A stretch of 64,000 bases of DNA from an uncultured delta proteobacterium (GCA_963816145.1 CAWFJP010000030.1:512001-576000), one strand, 5' to 3'. Positions 1 through 9,980 are shown, counted from the stretch's first letter. Notes: generated by a model not told the origin, from the letters alone. Translations and numbers: made by a program.

Positions 1-12
1 GCGCGATTTTTG

Positions 13-1056
13 TCAGTCCGGAATCTCCAGCACAACTTTGCCGAACTGCTGCGCTGCTTCGAGATAGCGCTGCGCCGCCGCGGCTTCGGCGAGCGGAAAG
101 ACCCTGTCGATGATCGGTTTGATCTTGCTCGCATTGAGAAAGCTGATGAGCTGAAAGAACTCCCGGCGGCTTCCCAAGGTCGAACCGTAGATCTTTAACT
201 GTTTGTTAACGATCGCCGCGATATCGTCCTGGGGCTGGCCGCCCGCCGTGGCGCCGCAGGTCACCAAACGGCCGCCGCGGGCGAGCGACGCGAGACTCTG
301 CCGCCAAACCTCGCCACCGACGCAATCAAGCACAACATCGACACCGCGTTTGTCGGTCAGCGATTGAACCGCCGCGGCAAAATTTTCTCCCTGATGATTG
401 ACGCCATAGTCGGCGCCGAGTTCCTTCGCCCGGTCGAGCTTGGCATCGCTGCCTGAGGTGACGATTACTCGCGCGCCGATTTGTTTGGCGACCTGCAATG
501 CCGCACTCGCCACGCCGCCGCCGATGCCGATAATTAGCATCGTCTCGCCCGGCTGGAGCGCGGCATTGGTGATCACCATGCGCCACACCGTGACGAACAC
601 CAACGGGAATGCTGCGGCTTGGTGAAATGAATAATCGGCGGGGATCGGAAAACAGTTTTGCGCCGGCAGCTTCACATACTGGGCGTAAGTTCCTTCCAAC
701 CGCTCGCCCAGCACACGCAGCCGGATACACATGAAATCCCGTTCGGTACGGCAAAATTCACACTGCCCACAGCCGGTCGGAGGATAGAGACAAACAGCGT
801 CGCCCACCTTGACGTTTTCAACCTTAGCGCCGGCCTCGGCCACCACCCCGGCACCGTCGGCGCCGAGAATATGCGGCATCGCCACGACCATGCCGGTGGC
901 GCCTATACGGTTCCAGATATCGATGTGATTAACCGATGCCGCTTTGAGTTTGACGATGACTTCGTCGGGCTCGGTGATTTTCGGCGGCTCGCAGCTTTCG
1001 TAGAAGAGTTGCTCCGTGCCGCCGTACCCATGCATGCGAACTGCTTTCAATTCCAC
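13..1056 (-). CDS. Zinc-binding alcohol dehydrogenase / quinone oxidoreductase (MDR family)
   Basis: 347 aa; structural-Zn cysteines CGQCEFC...C; Rossmann GIGGGVA; typical MDR C-terminus FGKVVL. Confidence 0.9.
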   Translation of the reverse strand: MELKAVRMHGYGGTEQLFYESCEPPKITEPDEVIVKLKAASVNHIDIWNRIGATGMVVAMPHILGADGAGVVAEAGAKVENVKVGDAVCLYPPTGCGQCEFCRTERDFMCIRLRVLGERLEGTYAQYVKLPAQNCFPIPADYSFHQAAAFPLVFVTVWRMVITNAALQPGETMLIIGIGGGVASAALQVAKQIGARVIVTSGSDAKLDRAKELGADYGVNHQGENFAAAVQSLTDKRGVDVVLDCVGGEVWRQSLASLARGGRLVTCGATAGGQPQDDIAAIVNKQLKIYGSTLGSRREFFQLISFLNASKIKPIIDRVFPLAEAAAAQRYLEAAQQFGKVVLEIPD

Positions 1057-1209
1057 TCTCCAAAGACATCATTGGTTAACAAGGCGAAACTTTGAAGTCA
1101 ATTTGATTGTCGAAAAACCGGCGCTATATCCACAGTTAAAGCGACAGCAGATGCACGGCCAGCTTGGTGCAATCGAAACGAACTTGAGATCTGCGAGATT
1201 TTTTGAGGA

Positions 1210-1236
1210 AGGGTGTCCCCTTGTCGGGGACACCCT
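1210..1236. other. Perfect 11-bp GC-rich hairpin (terminator-like or sRNA end)
   Basis: AGGGTGTCCCC-TTGTC-GGGGACACCCT; no good U-tract on either strand; about 90 nt downstream of the zinc-finger gene. Confidence 0.5.
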
Positions 1237-1326
1237 GGGGGTGATACCGCAAACGTGAACCGAGGAGGGAGTCCACGCCTGCGCCTGGGAACACCGGTTG
1301 CCGGCCAGAGCCGGCGAGATCGAAAA

Positions 1327-1536
1327 CTAGCGCATTCGATTCATTGCGTACTGAAGCTTCTTGAGTTCGCTTTCAAGGAACATGTCTTTTAGTTGATGGC
1401 GGTCCATATGGGCTTCGAGCAATTCCGCCGGGAACATCTTCGCGCCGCAGCGGTGACAAACCGCCGCCCTGAAGGTCGCGTTCTCGTAGTGAATATCGTA
1501 AACTTCACTGACTTCGTTGGTGACCACAGCTTCCAT
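1327..1536 (-). CDS. Small (69 aa) C2H2 zinc-finger protein
   Basis: CHRC-x12-HMDRH = C-x2-C-x12-H-x3-H; ATG 1536 preceded by GAGAGGG RBS; probable C-terminal helix/coiled coil. Confidence 0.75.
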   Translation of the reverse strand: MEAVVTNEVSEVYDIHYENATFRAAVCHRCGAKMFPAELLEAHMDRHQLKDMFLESELKKLQYAMNRMR

Positions 1537-1580
1537 GTTGTCCCTCTCTGTCATAAAATTACAGCTCGATTCCTCTGTGG

Positions 1581-1596
1581 AGCAATCGATATGCCA
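1581..1596 (-). promoter_or_regulatory. Sigma-54 (-24/-12) promoter
   Basis: Minus strand TGGCATATCGATTGCT matches TGGCAC-N5-TTGCW with exact GG-N10-GC spacing, 45 nt upstream of ATG 1536. Confidence 0.7.
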
Positions 1597-1756
1597 TCTG
1601 GTTGCGCTGCCAGTGACTGCGGCAAGTCGTTGAATTTCCATCAATTTGCGATACCGTGTCGAGGACGACCCGGTACAGAATAGGACACAAAAGATGAACG
1701 CGGAGGGAATTGTCTAACATTTTTGTTCTGCGTTACCTTCCCGAGAGTAAGCCGCC

Positions 1757-2890
1757 ATGACTGAGCTAGCCGCGACGAGCGCCGCCATTTTGTTCACCGA
1801 GCAGAAAACCCCAACCGGCACCATCGGACTGATCGAGCTCAATAATCACCGGGCACTCAATGCCCTGACCCTGGAGATGTTCCAAGCCGTGGAACTGAAA
1901 CTGTTGGAATGGCGCCAACACAGCGACATCGTCTGCGTGATATTGCACGCGGCATCGGAGAAGTCTTTTTGTGCCGGCGGCGATGTCAAAGCCCTGGTGA
2001 CGCAACTGAACGCCAGTGCCGGCATCGAAGTCGCCGCCAATTTCTTCGCGCACGAATATTTCGTCGATTATCTAATTCACTGTTATCCGAAACCGCTGCT
2101 TTGTTGGGCCGACGGCATCACCATGGGCGGCGGCATCGGCGTCATGAACGGCGCCGCTTGCCGCGTCGTCACCGAGCGCACACAGATGGCCATGCCCGAG
2201 ATCGCTATCGGCTTGTACCCCGATGTCGGCGGCAGTTATTTCTTGAATCGCATGCCGGAGGGCGTGGGCATGTTCTTGGGGCTCACCTCGGCGCGCTTCG
2301 ACGGCACCGACGCCGTCAGCATCGGCATGGCGGATGTGCTCATCCGCGCCGAGCGCAAGCGCGCGGTTTTCGACGGCCTGGCAGAGTTGCTATGGACCAC
2401 GGACATGGCAAAGGACCGAGAACTTCTGCGCCGCTATTTGGTTTCATACGCGGAGTACATTGAACTGGGTCAATCCACGGTCATGAAACACCAATCCACC
2501 ATTGCTGCGTTGGCCGTCCAGCCAAACATCGCCGCCATCGACGTCGCCATGCGCCAGTGGCGGGGTGACGACGAATGGCTGAACAACGCCGTACATGGTT
2601 ATCTCGCGGGTTCACCGACCTCGGCGCGCGCAATCTTCGAACAGATCACCGGCGGCCGCGGATTATCGCTGAAAGAAGTCTTTCTGCGCGAATGGGACAT
2701 GTCTCTCAACTTCTGCGCCAAATCCGATTTCCGCGAAGGCGTGCGCGCGCGTTTGATCGACAAGGATCAACAACCGCGCTGGAATCCGCCGACACTCGCC
2801 GCTGTGGAGGATAAGGAAATCGCCCGTCTCTTCTCCAAACAGCACGGCCAGCCGGACCGCTTGCGCGAGAAGTTCGATAGATTACTCTAA
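1757..2890 (+). CDS. Enoyl-CoA hydratase/isomerase family, 3-hydroxyisobutyryl-CoA hydrolase-like
   Basis: [48 protein letters not shown] motifs. Confidence 0.9.
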   Translation: MTELAATSAAILFTEQKTPTGTIGLIELNNHRALNALTLEMFQAVELKLLEWRQHSDIVCVILHAASEKSFCAGGDVKALVTQLNASAGIEVAANFFAHEYFVDYLIHCYPKPLLCWADGITMGGGIGVMNGAACRVVTERTQMAMPEIAIGLYPDVGGSYFLNRMPEGVGMFLGLTSARFDGTDAVSIGMADVLIRAERKRAVFDGLAELLWTTDMAKDRELLRRYLVSYAEYIELGQSTVMKHQSTIAALAVQPNIAAIDVAMRQWRGDDEWLNNAVHGYLAGSPTSARAIFEQITGGRGLSLKEVFLREWDMSLNFCAKSDFREGVRARLIDKDQQPRWNPPTLAAVEDKEIARLFSKQHGQPDRLREKFDRLL

Positions 2891-2923
2891 AAAAATTCTA
2901 TTACCGCAATCCGGTTTCTGACC

Positions 2924-2952
2924 TTGAACCATTGAACTTTTGAACCTTGAAC
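2924..2952 (+). repeat. Short-period TTGAAC tandem repeat (family B)
   Basis: TTGAACCA TTGAACTT TTGAACC TTGAAC. Confidence 0.75.
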
Positions 2953-3009
2953 GGGCATTCCGATGCCCGCTTGACATCAGCAATCCGTTCGCGCAATGGA
3001 TAAAGCACT

Positions 3010-3984
3010 ATGAGCGCAAGTGAAGTGATAAAAGTCGAATTTCCGGTGATGCGCTACGACATCACCATGCCGCTGCTCGAAGGCCGCGTGCCCATCGAGG
3101 GCGTCGTCCTAAAACCAGTCAAATCGTCGTCGATGATCAACAAAGAAGATCCGAAGCTCAAAGCCGGCGACTTCGGTCTGATGGATTTGAACATCGGCTA
3201 CTTCCTGCCGGCCATTGAAGCGGGCTGGGAAATCATCGGCTTGCCGGTTTTTTCCAAGCGCAAACCGGCCTACCAATTGATCTTCTGCCACGTCGACGCC
3301 GGTATTCGCTCACCCAAAGATCTCGCCGGCAAGCGCATCGGCTCGCGCACCTATCGCACGGCGTTGACCGTGTGGGCGCGCGGCCTGTTGCGCGAACGCT
3401 ATGGGGTAGACTTTGCCAATGTCACCTGGGTGCTCCAAGCCAAAGAACTCTTTCCGGTTCACGACGCCAAGCTGAAAATTGATTATGTCGACGAAACCAA
3501 GAACATGGCGCAGCGCCTGATCGCCGGCGAACTCGACGCGATGATCACCGACATTTCGGACACGAAAATGTTCGAGAGTCTGGAACATCATCCAAAGATC
3601 AAACGTCTCTTCCCCGACTACGTCCAGGAAGATCTCGATCTCTACAACGACACCGGCATCTTCACGCCGGTCCATATGATCGTCATGAGCCGCAAACTCG
3701 ACCGCGAACGACCGGATCTCGCCGGCAAATTTTACGCCGCTTTCGAAAAAGCCAAGGCCTTGGCCTACGACGACACTTTGAGCGACCGCGGCGGCTTTTC
3801 GGTCGTCTACCTGCGCGAGCAACTCAAAGAGCAAATGGCCAAGTGGGGCGACCCGTGGAAATACGGCATCAAAGCCAACCAGACGACCATCGACGCATTC
3901 ATTAAATACAATGTCGAACAAGGCATGATCCGCCAAGCCCCAAGTTATTCGGACATTTTCGCCGCCGGCACCCTGGACACTTGA
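3010..3984 (+). CDS. 4,5-dihydroxyphthalate decarboxylase-like protein (periplasmic-binding-protein fold, no signal peptide)
   Basis: YDITMPLLEGRV, LPVF, DLAGKRIG, VWARGLL, TGIFTPVHMIV, GDPWKYGI resemble the PhtD/OphC family. Confidence 0.7.
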   Translation: MSASEVIKVEFPVMRYDITMPLLEGRVPIEGVVLKPVKSSSMINKEDPKLKAGDFGLMDLNIGYFLPAIEAGWEIIGLPVFSKRKPAYQLIFCHVDAGIRSPKDLAGKRIGSRTYRTALTVWARGLLRERYGVDFANVTWVLQAKELFPVHDAKLKIDYVDETKNMAQRLIAGELDAMITDISDTKMFESLEHHPKIKRLFPDYVQEDLDLYNDTGIFTPVHMIVMSRKLDRERPDLAGKFYAAFEKAKALAYDDTLSDRGGFSVVYLREQLKEQMAKWGDPWKYGIKANQTTIDAFIKYNVEQGMIRQAPSYSDIFAAGTLDT

Positions 3985-3990
3985 CCGGAA

Positions 3991-4020
3991 AGGATAAAGG
4001 CGGAGGGATGAAGGATGAAA
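3991..4020 (+). repeat. GATGAAG heptamer repeat (family C)
   Basis: AGGATAAAGGCGGAGGGATGAAGGATGAAA; near reverse complement at about 47784-47811. Confidence 0.6.
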
Positions 4021-4049
4021 ATAGCTGCGGCGAGATCGTAGCGAACATA

Positions 4050-4148
4050 TTGAACAGCTGGGACAGTTGGAACCTTTGGAACATCTGGAACCATTGGAAC
4101 ATCTCGATCGATTGAACCTTTGAACTTTTGAGCCTTGAACCCTTGAAC
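4050..4148 (+). repeat. TGGAAC/TTGAAC 7-9 bp tandem array (family B)
   Basis: About 11 units such as TTGGAACCT TTGGAACAT CTGGAACCA TTGGAAC then TTGAACCT TTGAACTT. Confidence 0.85.
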
Positions 4149-4168
4149 GAATCTTTGAGGAGCGAAGA

Positions 4169-5452
4169 ATGTTATCGCGCGAGGATAATGAATTAATCAC
4201 CCGAACCAACCCCGGCACGCCGATGGGCAATCTCATCCGGCGCTACTGGGTTCCCGCCCTGTTGTCCGAGGAGATTCCGCGCAACGACTGTCCGCCGGCG
4301 CGGGTGAAATTGCTCGGCGAGGAGCTGGTGGCGTTTCGGGACAGCCAAGGCCGCATTGGCCTCGTCGGCGAACACTGCGCCCACCGCGGCACCTCGCTAT
4401 TCTTCGGCCGCAACGAAGAGTGCGGCCTGCGCTGCGTTTATCATGGCTGGAAGTTCGACGTCGACGGCAACGTCTTGGAAACCCCGGCGGAGCCCAGCGG
4501 CAGCGACTTCGCCAAGAAGCTCCATCACACCGCTTATCCAACCCACGAAGCCAACGGCGTCATCTACGCGTACCTTGGCGCAAAAGAGAAAGCGCCGTTG
4601 TTTCCCAATTATGAATGGACCCAGGTGCCGTTGGAATATTCCTACGTCACGAAATGTCTGTTGGAATGCAATTATCTCCAGGGTCTCGAGGGCGAATGCG
4701 ATTCGTCGCATTTGTCGTTTCTGCATCGCAGCTTCACCAACGAGAGCAACCAACCGCTCTACAAGGGCGACCCCACTCCGGCCTATGACACCGAAGATAC
4801 CGACTTTGGCGTGCGCTTGATCGCCACGCGGAATTTCGCGGATCAGCACTATGTCCGCTTCTCGGCGTTCGTCATGCCGGTCTACGGCTGTGTGCCGGCG
4901 GGGCGCAAGACCAACGAGCTTGAGGGCTATGAGATCCACACCTATGTGCCGGCCGACGATACCCACTGCTGGCGTTACGATATCGGCTTTCACCGCGGCC
5001 GCGTCGTCCAGCCGGAAGAAGTGCACCGGCGCAAACAGATCAATCCCGACTACACCAAAGTGCGCAACGCGCGAAATAATTATCTGCAGGATCGGCAGAA
5101 ACAGAGGACGGTGAATTTTACCGGCATCGACGATTTTTTGAATCACGACGGCTGCGCCACCGAAAGCATGGGCGCGATCTTCGATCGCACCAAAGAACAT
5201 CTCGGCGTCAGCGACAAGGCGGTCATCGCCGTGCGCCGATTCCTGCTTACCACCGCCAAGGAGTTGCAGGCCGGCAAAGAACCGCCCCATCTGGTGCGCG
5301 ATCCGGCGCACAACTGGTTCCCGCATATCGATTGCTTCGCCCATCTGGTGCCGCGCCATCTGCCGTGGCAAAAGAAGTTCGACTTCTTGACCGCTACCGC
5401 GCAAAAAGAAAATCCCATGTCCTACGCCGCGCGCAAGAAGGCCGCATCGTAA
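4169..5452 (+). CDS. Rieske non-heme iron oxygenase alpha subunit (phthalate 4,5-dioxygenase/LigX-like)
   Basis: CAH...CVYH Rieske motif; DSSHLSFLH mononuclear Fe motif; EHLGVSD C-terminal motif. Confidence 0.9.
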   Translation: MLSREDNELITRTNPGTPMGNLIRRYWVPALLSEEIPRNDCPPARVKLLGEELVAFRDSQGRIGLVGEHCAHRGTSLFFGRNEECGLRCVYHGWKFDVDGNVLETPAEPSGSDFAKKLHHTAYPTHEANGVIYAYLGAKEKAPLFPNYEWTQVPLEYSYVTKCLLECNYLQGLEGECDSSHLSFLHRSFTNESNQPLYKGDPTPAYDTEDTDFGVRLIATRNFADQHYVRFSAFVMPVYGCVPAGRKTNELEGYEIHTYVPADDTHCWRYDIGFHRGRVVQPEEVHRRKQINPDYTKVRNARNNYLQDRQKQRTVNFTGIDDFLNHDGCATESMGAIFDRTKEHLGVSDKAVIAVRRFLLTTAKELQAGKEPPHLVRDPAHNWFPHIDCFAHLVPRHLPWQKKFDFLTATAQKENPMSYAARKKAAS

Positions 5453-5484
5453 TAGCCAACTCGATCGACAACTGGGAGTGTTCA

Positions 5485-6234
5485 ATGACAGCAATCAAGA
5501 AAATACCAACTCGCACCCTGATCAAAACGGCCGAAGCAGAACTGCGCATCGCCTGTAAAATCCTCGAGTGGGAGATCGGTGATATTTGGGGCCATGTCGG
5601 CGTGCGCCTGCCCGACAACAAGGGCATCGCGGTGCAAATGTTTCGTCCCGCAGAGGAGAGCAAAAAGGATTGGCTCGTCCATTTCGATTACGGGCTTAGA
5701 AAACTTGCCGGGGTCGGCAACCCGCCGCGGGAATCGGTCATCTACACGGAAATCTTCAAGGCGCGTCCCGATGTCAACGCCGTGGTGCATTGTCACGCGT
5801 CGACCTGCGTCGCCTTGAGTCTTGCCGACACCCCGGTCTCCTGCGTGCATGTGCAATCGGGGCGATTCGGCCGCGGCGTGCCGATCTATCCCCGACCCAT
5901 TTACATCCTGGATGAAGATGAAGGCGCGGACCTGGCGCGCACTCTGGGCGACGCCAAAGGCATGATGATCAAAGGCCACGGCATCGTCGCCGTCGGCGCA
6001 TCCATCGACGAAGCTTGCCTGAACGCAGTCTACATGGAGCGCACGGCGAAAATTATGGCTGACGCGAGGCGCTTCGGCTTCACGGGCGTGCCGGATGATT
6101 TCATCGAGACGCTGGCCGGCAGCAAGGAGAAATTGCTCACGCGCGGCACGCGCATGCACCACTCCTCCGAGTGGAAGTATTACGCCGAAAAAATCAGGCA
6201 GGGCAAAACCTGGACCCGCGGTGGCGGCGCATAG
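5485..6234 (+). CDS. Class II aldolase/adducin family protein
   Basis: WGHVGVR, ARPDVNAVVHCH, KGHGIVAVG; start moved to ATG 5485 (GGGAG RBS). Confidence 0.85.
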   Translation: MTAIKKIPTRTLIKTAEAELRIACKILEWEIGDIWGHVGVRLPDNKGIAVQMFRPAEESKKDWLVHFDYGLRKLAGVGNPPRESVIYTEIFKARPDVNAVVHCHASTCVALSLADTPVSCVHVQSGRFGRGVPIYPRPIYILDEDEGADLARTLGDAKGMMIKGHGIVAVGASIDEACLNAVYMERTAKIMADARRFGFTGVPDDFIETLAGSKEKLLTRGTRMHHSSEWKYYAEKIRQGKTWTRGGGA

Positions 6235-6360
6235 GGTTAGGCGAGAGCCTCGGTATCGCCATGAGTTCCAAATCGCATCTGTAACGGATATTTTTAAAGG
6301 GGCGGTCAGGTCATCCGCCCTTGTTGTTACACGCAACCGCTTCATTGTAGGAGAGAGGCC

Positions 6361-7344
6361 ATGTTCAAAAAAACCTTGATCCTTTGGATTCTCGGACTCC
6401 TTCTCCCCGCCGCGCTGCGCGCCCAAGAAAACAACCTGGTCGCCTACGCCGGTTTCGCCGGCTTTCAAGCGCCGGTCTGGGCGCCCAAAGACTTGGGGTT
6501 GTTCAGCAAATACGGCTTTAACGGCGATGCGGTGTTTATTTCCGGTTCAGTGCGGCAGATTCAGGCGATTCTCGGCAACAGCATCCAATTCGCCCAAGCC
6601 GACGCCGCCACGGCGCTCAACGCGATCAACAATGGCGCCGATTTGGTGATCCTGTCCGGCTCGCTCAACAGCTTCCCGTATAGCTTTGTGACCTCCAAGG
6701 ACATTCGCAAACCCGAAGATTTAAGCGGCAAAAAAATTGGCATCCTCGCCGTCGGCGGCGCCACCGAGACCGCGACCTTTCTCGCCTTGAAGGCGTGGAA
6801 CCTGCCGCGCCAGTCGGTGACGATCTTTCCGGCCGGCGATTCGGCTGCGCGAATTATTGCGCTCACGGCCAAAGCGATCGACGGCACCATGCTTTCCTAC
6901 CCCGATATCAACGAAGCGTTGCGCCTCGGCTTGCACGAGTTCGCCAAGATGAGCGATGTCAAAGGCTCGTCGTTTCCGATGAACGTCATGGTCGCCCGCC
7001 GCAGTTGGGCGGAAAAAAATCGCGACACGGTTAAGCGCTTCCAGCAAGCCTACGCCGAAGGCGTCTATCAGTTCATGAACAACAAGGAACGAGGCATCGC
7101 TGTGCTCGCCAAGCGGTTGCGCTACAAAAACCCCAAGGCCGTCGAAGAGACTTATCAATACTTCGCCAAAAGCTTCTCCTTTCCCACGCGAGTTTCCCAC
7201 GAAGGCTTGCGCAACACCTTGGAGATCATCGCCCAGCGCAATCCCGCGGTCAAAGTGGATATGAATCTGGCCAAGTATCTCGACGAAAGCACGCTCGACG
7301 AACTGGAACGCGAAGGCTTTTTCAAACGATTCGGCGGAAAATAG
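6361..7344 (+). CDS. ABC transporter substrate-binding protein, NitT/TauT (SsuA/THI5-like)
   Basis: Signal peptide; DLGLFSKYG; DLSGKKIG; C-terminal ELEREGFF. Confidence 0.85.
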   Translation: MFKKTLILWILGLLLPAALRAQENNLVAYAGFAGFQAPVWAPKDLGLFSKYGFNGDAVFISGSVRQIQAILGNSIQFAQADAATALNAINNGADLVILSGSLNSFPYSFVTSKDIRKPEDLSGKKIGILAVGGATETATFLALKAWNLPRQSVTIFPAGDSAARIIALTAKAIDGTMLSYPDINEALRLGLHEFAKMSDVKGSSFPMNVMVARRSWAEKNRDTVKRFQQAYAEGVYQFMNNKERGIAVLAKRLRYKNPKAVEETYQYFAKSFSFPTRVSHEGLRNTLEIIAQRNPAVKVDMNLAKYLDESTLDELEREGFFKRFGGK

Positions 7345-7442
7345 AGATCGTCGATCAGCGCCTCGTCCGCCGAGTCGTCGAAAGCGGCTTCATCGACGCA
7401 CTCGACGATCAGAAGAACCACCAACGAATTCCTTTATCCCGT

Positions 7443-7465
7443 GTAGGGGCGACCGGCGGTCGCCC
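7443..7465 (+). repeat. GTAG-type REP palindrome
   Basis: GTAG-GGGCGACC-GGC-GGTCGCCC. Confidence 0.7.
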
Positions 7466-7500
7466 AATTCATTGGCCGCGCGCCTCGCGACTTCTTCGCC

Positions 7501-7530
7501 TTGACTCCAACGCAAGCCTTACCATATAAA
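7501..7530 (+). promoter_or_regulatory. Possible sigma-70 promoter
   Basis: TTGACT-N18-TATAAA, 60 nt upstream of ATG 7591. Confidence 0.4.
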
Positions 7531-7590
7531 ATAAGTCGCGCCGAAAATCTAAAGATCGAGACGACCAATCGCTAGAAAGGAATCCTGTCC

Positions 7591-8599
7591 ATGCGAAAGA
7601 TCTCGCTTCTATTGATCGGATGGTTCTTGCTGACAAACAGTCAAAGTGCCCACGCCCAGTCGGCGCAGGCCGTCGCCGCAGCGAAAAAAGAAGGCGGCAA
7701 AGTCATCGTTTACACGTCGATGGAAACCTTCACCGCCGACGCCTTGAAAGCCGCCTTCGAGAAAAAAACCGGCATTCAGATGGAATACTGGCGCGGCGGG
7801 TCGACGGAAGTGCTCGACCGCGTCCTGAGCGAACATCGAGTCGGCAAACCGGGCTTCGACGTGGTCGCCATCACCGGCGATCATATGCGCCTGATGGCCA
7901 ACGAAGGAGCCATTGGCAAGTACGACTCGCCCTCGCTCAAAGCCTTCGCCAAAGAAGCCATCGATCCTGTGCTCGGCGCGCGCTACCGCAACATCATGTA
8001 CGGGGTGATTTATAACAAGGCGATGCTCAAGGCCGGCGAATATCCCAAGACCCTCGAGGACATCGTCAAGCCGGAGTATCGCGGCAAACTGGTCATGCCG
8101 CACCCCACCGGACACACCTTGACCACGCAGTGGCTCGCCAGCTTGGATAAAATAATGCCGAAGCAACGCGTCGAAAAATTCATCCGCGATCTGGCCGCGG
8201 CCAAACCGGTATTCGCCGAGTCGATCGTGCCGGCGGCCGATAAAGTCGGCAGCGGCGAAGTGCCCATCGGCATCACCTTCGCGCGCTTCGTTTTGACCTA
8301 CAACAAACAAGGGCGCCAATCTCGACTATATCCGCGACTACAACATGTTGGGCGACGGCCAGTACATCAACATCGGCGCGAAACCGGCCCGGCCGGCGGC
8401 CGGCAAAGCGTTTATCGACTTCTTTCTCGACGAAGAGAGCATGAAGATCCAGGCCGACACCGGTGAATTCGTCAACCGCAAAGGCGTCTACCCGCCGCTC
8501 CAGGACGCCGACAAGATCAAGTTCGTGCAAATGTACCAGTTCACCAAAGAAGACTTCGAGATCAAGAAGAAAGAATATCAAAAGATTTTCTTCCAGTGA
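7591..8599 (+). CDS. Extracellular solute-binding protein (Fe3+/polyamine ABC type), split by a +1 frameshift
   Basis: AAKKEGGKVIVYTSM N-terminus; removing one G at 8311-8313 (CAA GGG CGCC) joins ORFs 7591-8466 and 8345-8599 as ...KQGANLDYIRDYNMLGDG... Confidence 0.8.
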
Positions 8600-8628
8600 C
8601 TTGAAGGAACAATTCGGAAGGGGATATC

Positions 8629-8714
8629 TCACCACGAAGACACGAAGATCACGAAGGTAAGAAAAGAAGTAAAACATTTTCCCGAACTTCGTGTCCTTCG
8701 TGCCTTCGTGGTGA
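8629..8714. repeat. Palindromic element with CACGAAG tandem arms (family A)
   Basis: TCACCACGAAGACACGAAGATCACGAAG ... CTTCGTGTCCTTCGTGCCTTCGTGGTGA. Confidence 0.9.
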
Positions 8715-8767
8715 ACAGGCTTTTTCGACTTACACCACAGCTTAGAAAACCTTAGGAGATACCGACA

Positions 8768-9841
8768 ATGGCAGAATTCATCATCGACGCAGACGGCCAT
8801 ATCATGGAAGACCACAAAGACATCTTCGCCCACATCAAAGGCAACTTTGCCGAGATGAACTGGCACTCCACCTGGCCGATGTTCGACGCCGACGGTTGGC
8901 AGCGCGGCTTGGCGCGCAAGGGCAAGCGCGAAGACCCCGACGCCGAGCGCTGGATCAACTTTCAAAACGAGCATGGCATCGACATGGCCGTGCTCTATCC
9001 GACATCGGCGCTCGCCTTGGGCATGATCCAACTACCCGCCTGGGCTTCCGCCCTGGCGCAGGGCTACAACGACTGGCTCTACGATCGTTTCATGACCCAG
9101 TCGCCGCGCTTGAAAGGCGTCGCCCTGCTGGCGCCGCAAGATCCCAAGGCCGCCGCCGCCGAACTGCGGCGCTGTGTCAAAGATCTAGGCTTTGTCGCCG
9201 GCCTGTTGCCGTCAGCGACGAATAATCGTACGCCGCTCTACGGCTCGCCGATGTTTCACGAAATTTACGACGAAGCCCAGAGATTAGACGTGCCGCTGAC
9301 GATCCACGGCGGCGTCAGCCAGAATCTCGGCCTCGACCGCGTCGCCAGTTTTCTCGAAGCGCATATGTTGGAACATCCGGTCGGCCTGTTTCTCCACATC
9401 ACCAACATGATGTTCCAGGGCGTGTTTCAGGAGTTTCCCAAACTGCGCGTCGCTTATCTCGAAGCCGGCGCCGGTTGGGTGCCGTTCATGATGGACCGCA
9501 TGGAAGAAGACTACGAAAAATTCGCCGCCCGCCTGGCGCCAAACTTGAAGCATCCGCCGAGCCACTTCTTTGAAAGCGGCAACATCTTCGTCACCATGGA
9601 AGTCGAAGAACGCACCGCCCCCTACGTCGTCAAACTGCTGCGCGACGACGTTATCATGTGGGCCTCCGACTTCCCCCACGAACGCGAGCGCGACCAATTC
9701 GGCGGCGACCTGCCGACGTTAAAAGCGCGCAAAGACCTGACCGATGAGTTCAGAAAGAAAATGCTCTGCGACAACCCGGTAAGATTCTATCGCTTGAGCG
9801 AAGGCGATATCGCCGCCGCAAGGAAGGCGAAGGGAAACTAA
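8768..9841 (+). CDS. Amidohydrolase family protein (Amidohydro_2; decarboxylase/hydratase-like)
   Basis: IIDADGH, LTIHGG, AYLEAGAGWVP, WASDFPH. Confidence 0.9.
   Translation: MAEFIIDADGHIMEDHKDIFAHIKGNFAEMNWHSTWPMFDADGWQRGLARKGKREDPDAERWINFQNEHGIDMAVLYPTSALALGMIQLPAWASALAQGYNDWLYDRFMTQSPRLKGVALLAPQDPKAAAAELRRCVKDLGFVAGLLPSATNNRTPLYGSPMFHEIYDEAQRLDVPLTIHGGVSQNLGLDRVASFLEAHMLEHPVGLFLHITNMMFQGVFQEFPKLRVAYLEAGAGWVPFMMDRMEEDYEKFAARLAPNLKHPPSHFFESGNIFVTMEVEERTAPYVVKLLRDDVIMWASDFPHERERDQFGGDLPTLKARKDLTDEFRKKMLCDNPVRFYRLSEGDIAAARKAKGN
9693..9792 (+). repeat. 100-bp direct repeat, copy 1 (3' part of the amidohydrolase gene)
   Basis: Matches 10658-10757 with 4 mismatches. Confidence 0.95.
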
Positions 9842-9866
9842 TTCTTAACGTCAATTCGATAATGCG

Positions 9867-9903
9867 ACAAAAAGGCGTCGTGGTTTACACGACGCCTTTT
9901 TGT
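9867..9903. terminator. Bidirectional rho-independent terminator
   Basis: ACAAAAAGGCGTCGTG-GTTTA-CACGACGCCTTTTTGT between convergent genes. Confidence 0.9.
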
Positions 9904-9980
9904 TTGGCTAACCGTACAATCGAGTTTCGAGCGAGGTATGGAAACTGCACACCCATGCGGGCGGGCTAGGCCCGGCTGAG

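Noticed and set aside
4050-4148. Repeat arrays as a CRISPR locus
   Set aside because: Units are 7-9 bp with no 25-45 bp repeat/unique-spacer structure and no cas genes in the window
7591-8599. Programmed frameshifting in the binding-protein and GH57 genes
   Set aside because: No slippery heptamer or stimulatory structure; pattern fits sequencing indels
9906-9972. Possible degenerate attC after higA (GCCTAGC...GTTAGCC on minus strand)
   Set aside because: No convincing L boxes or stem between the putative cores
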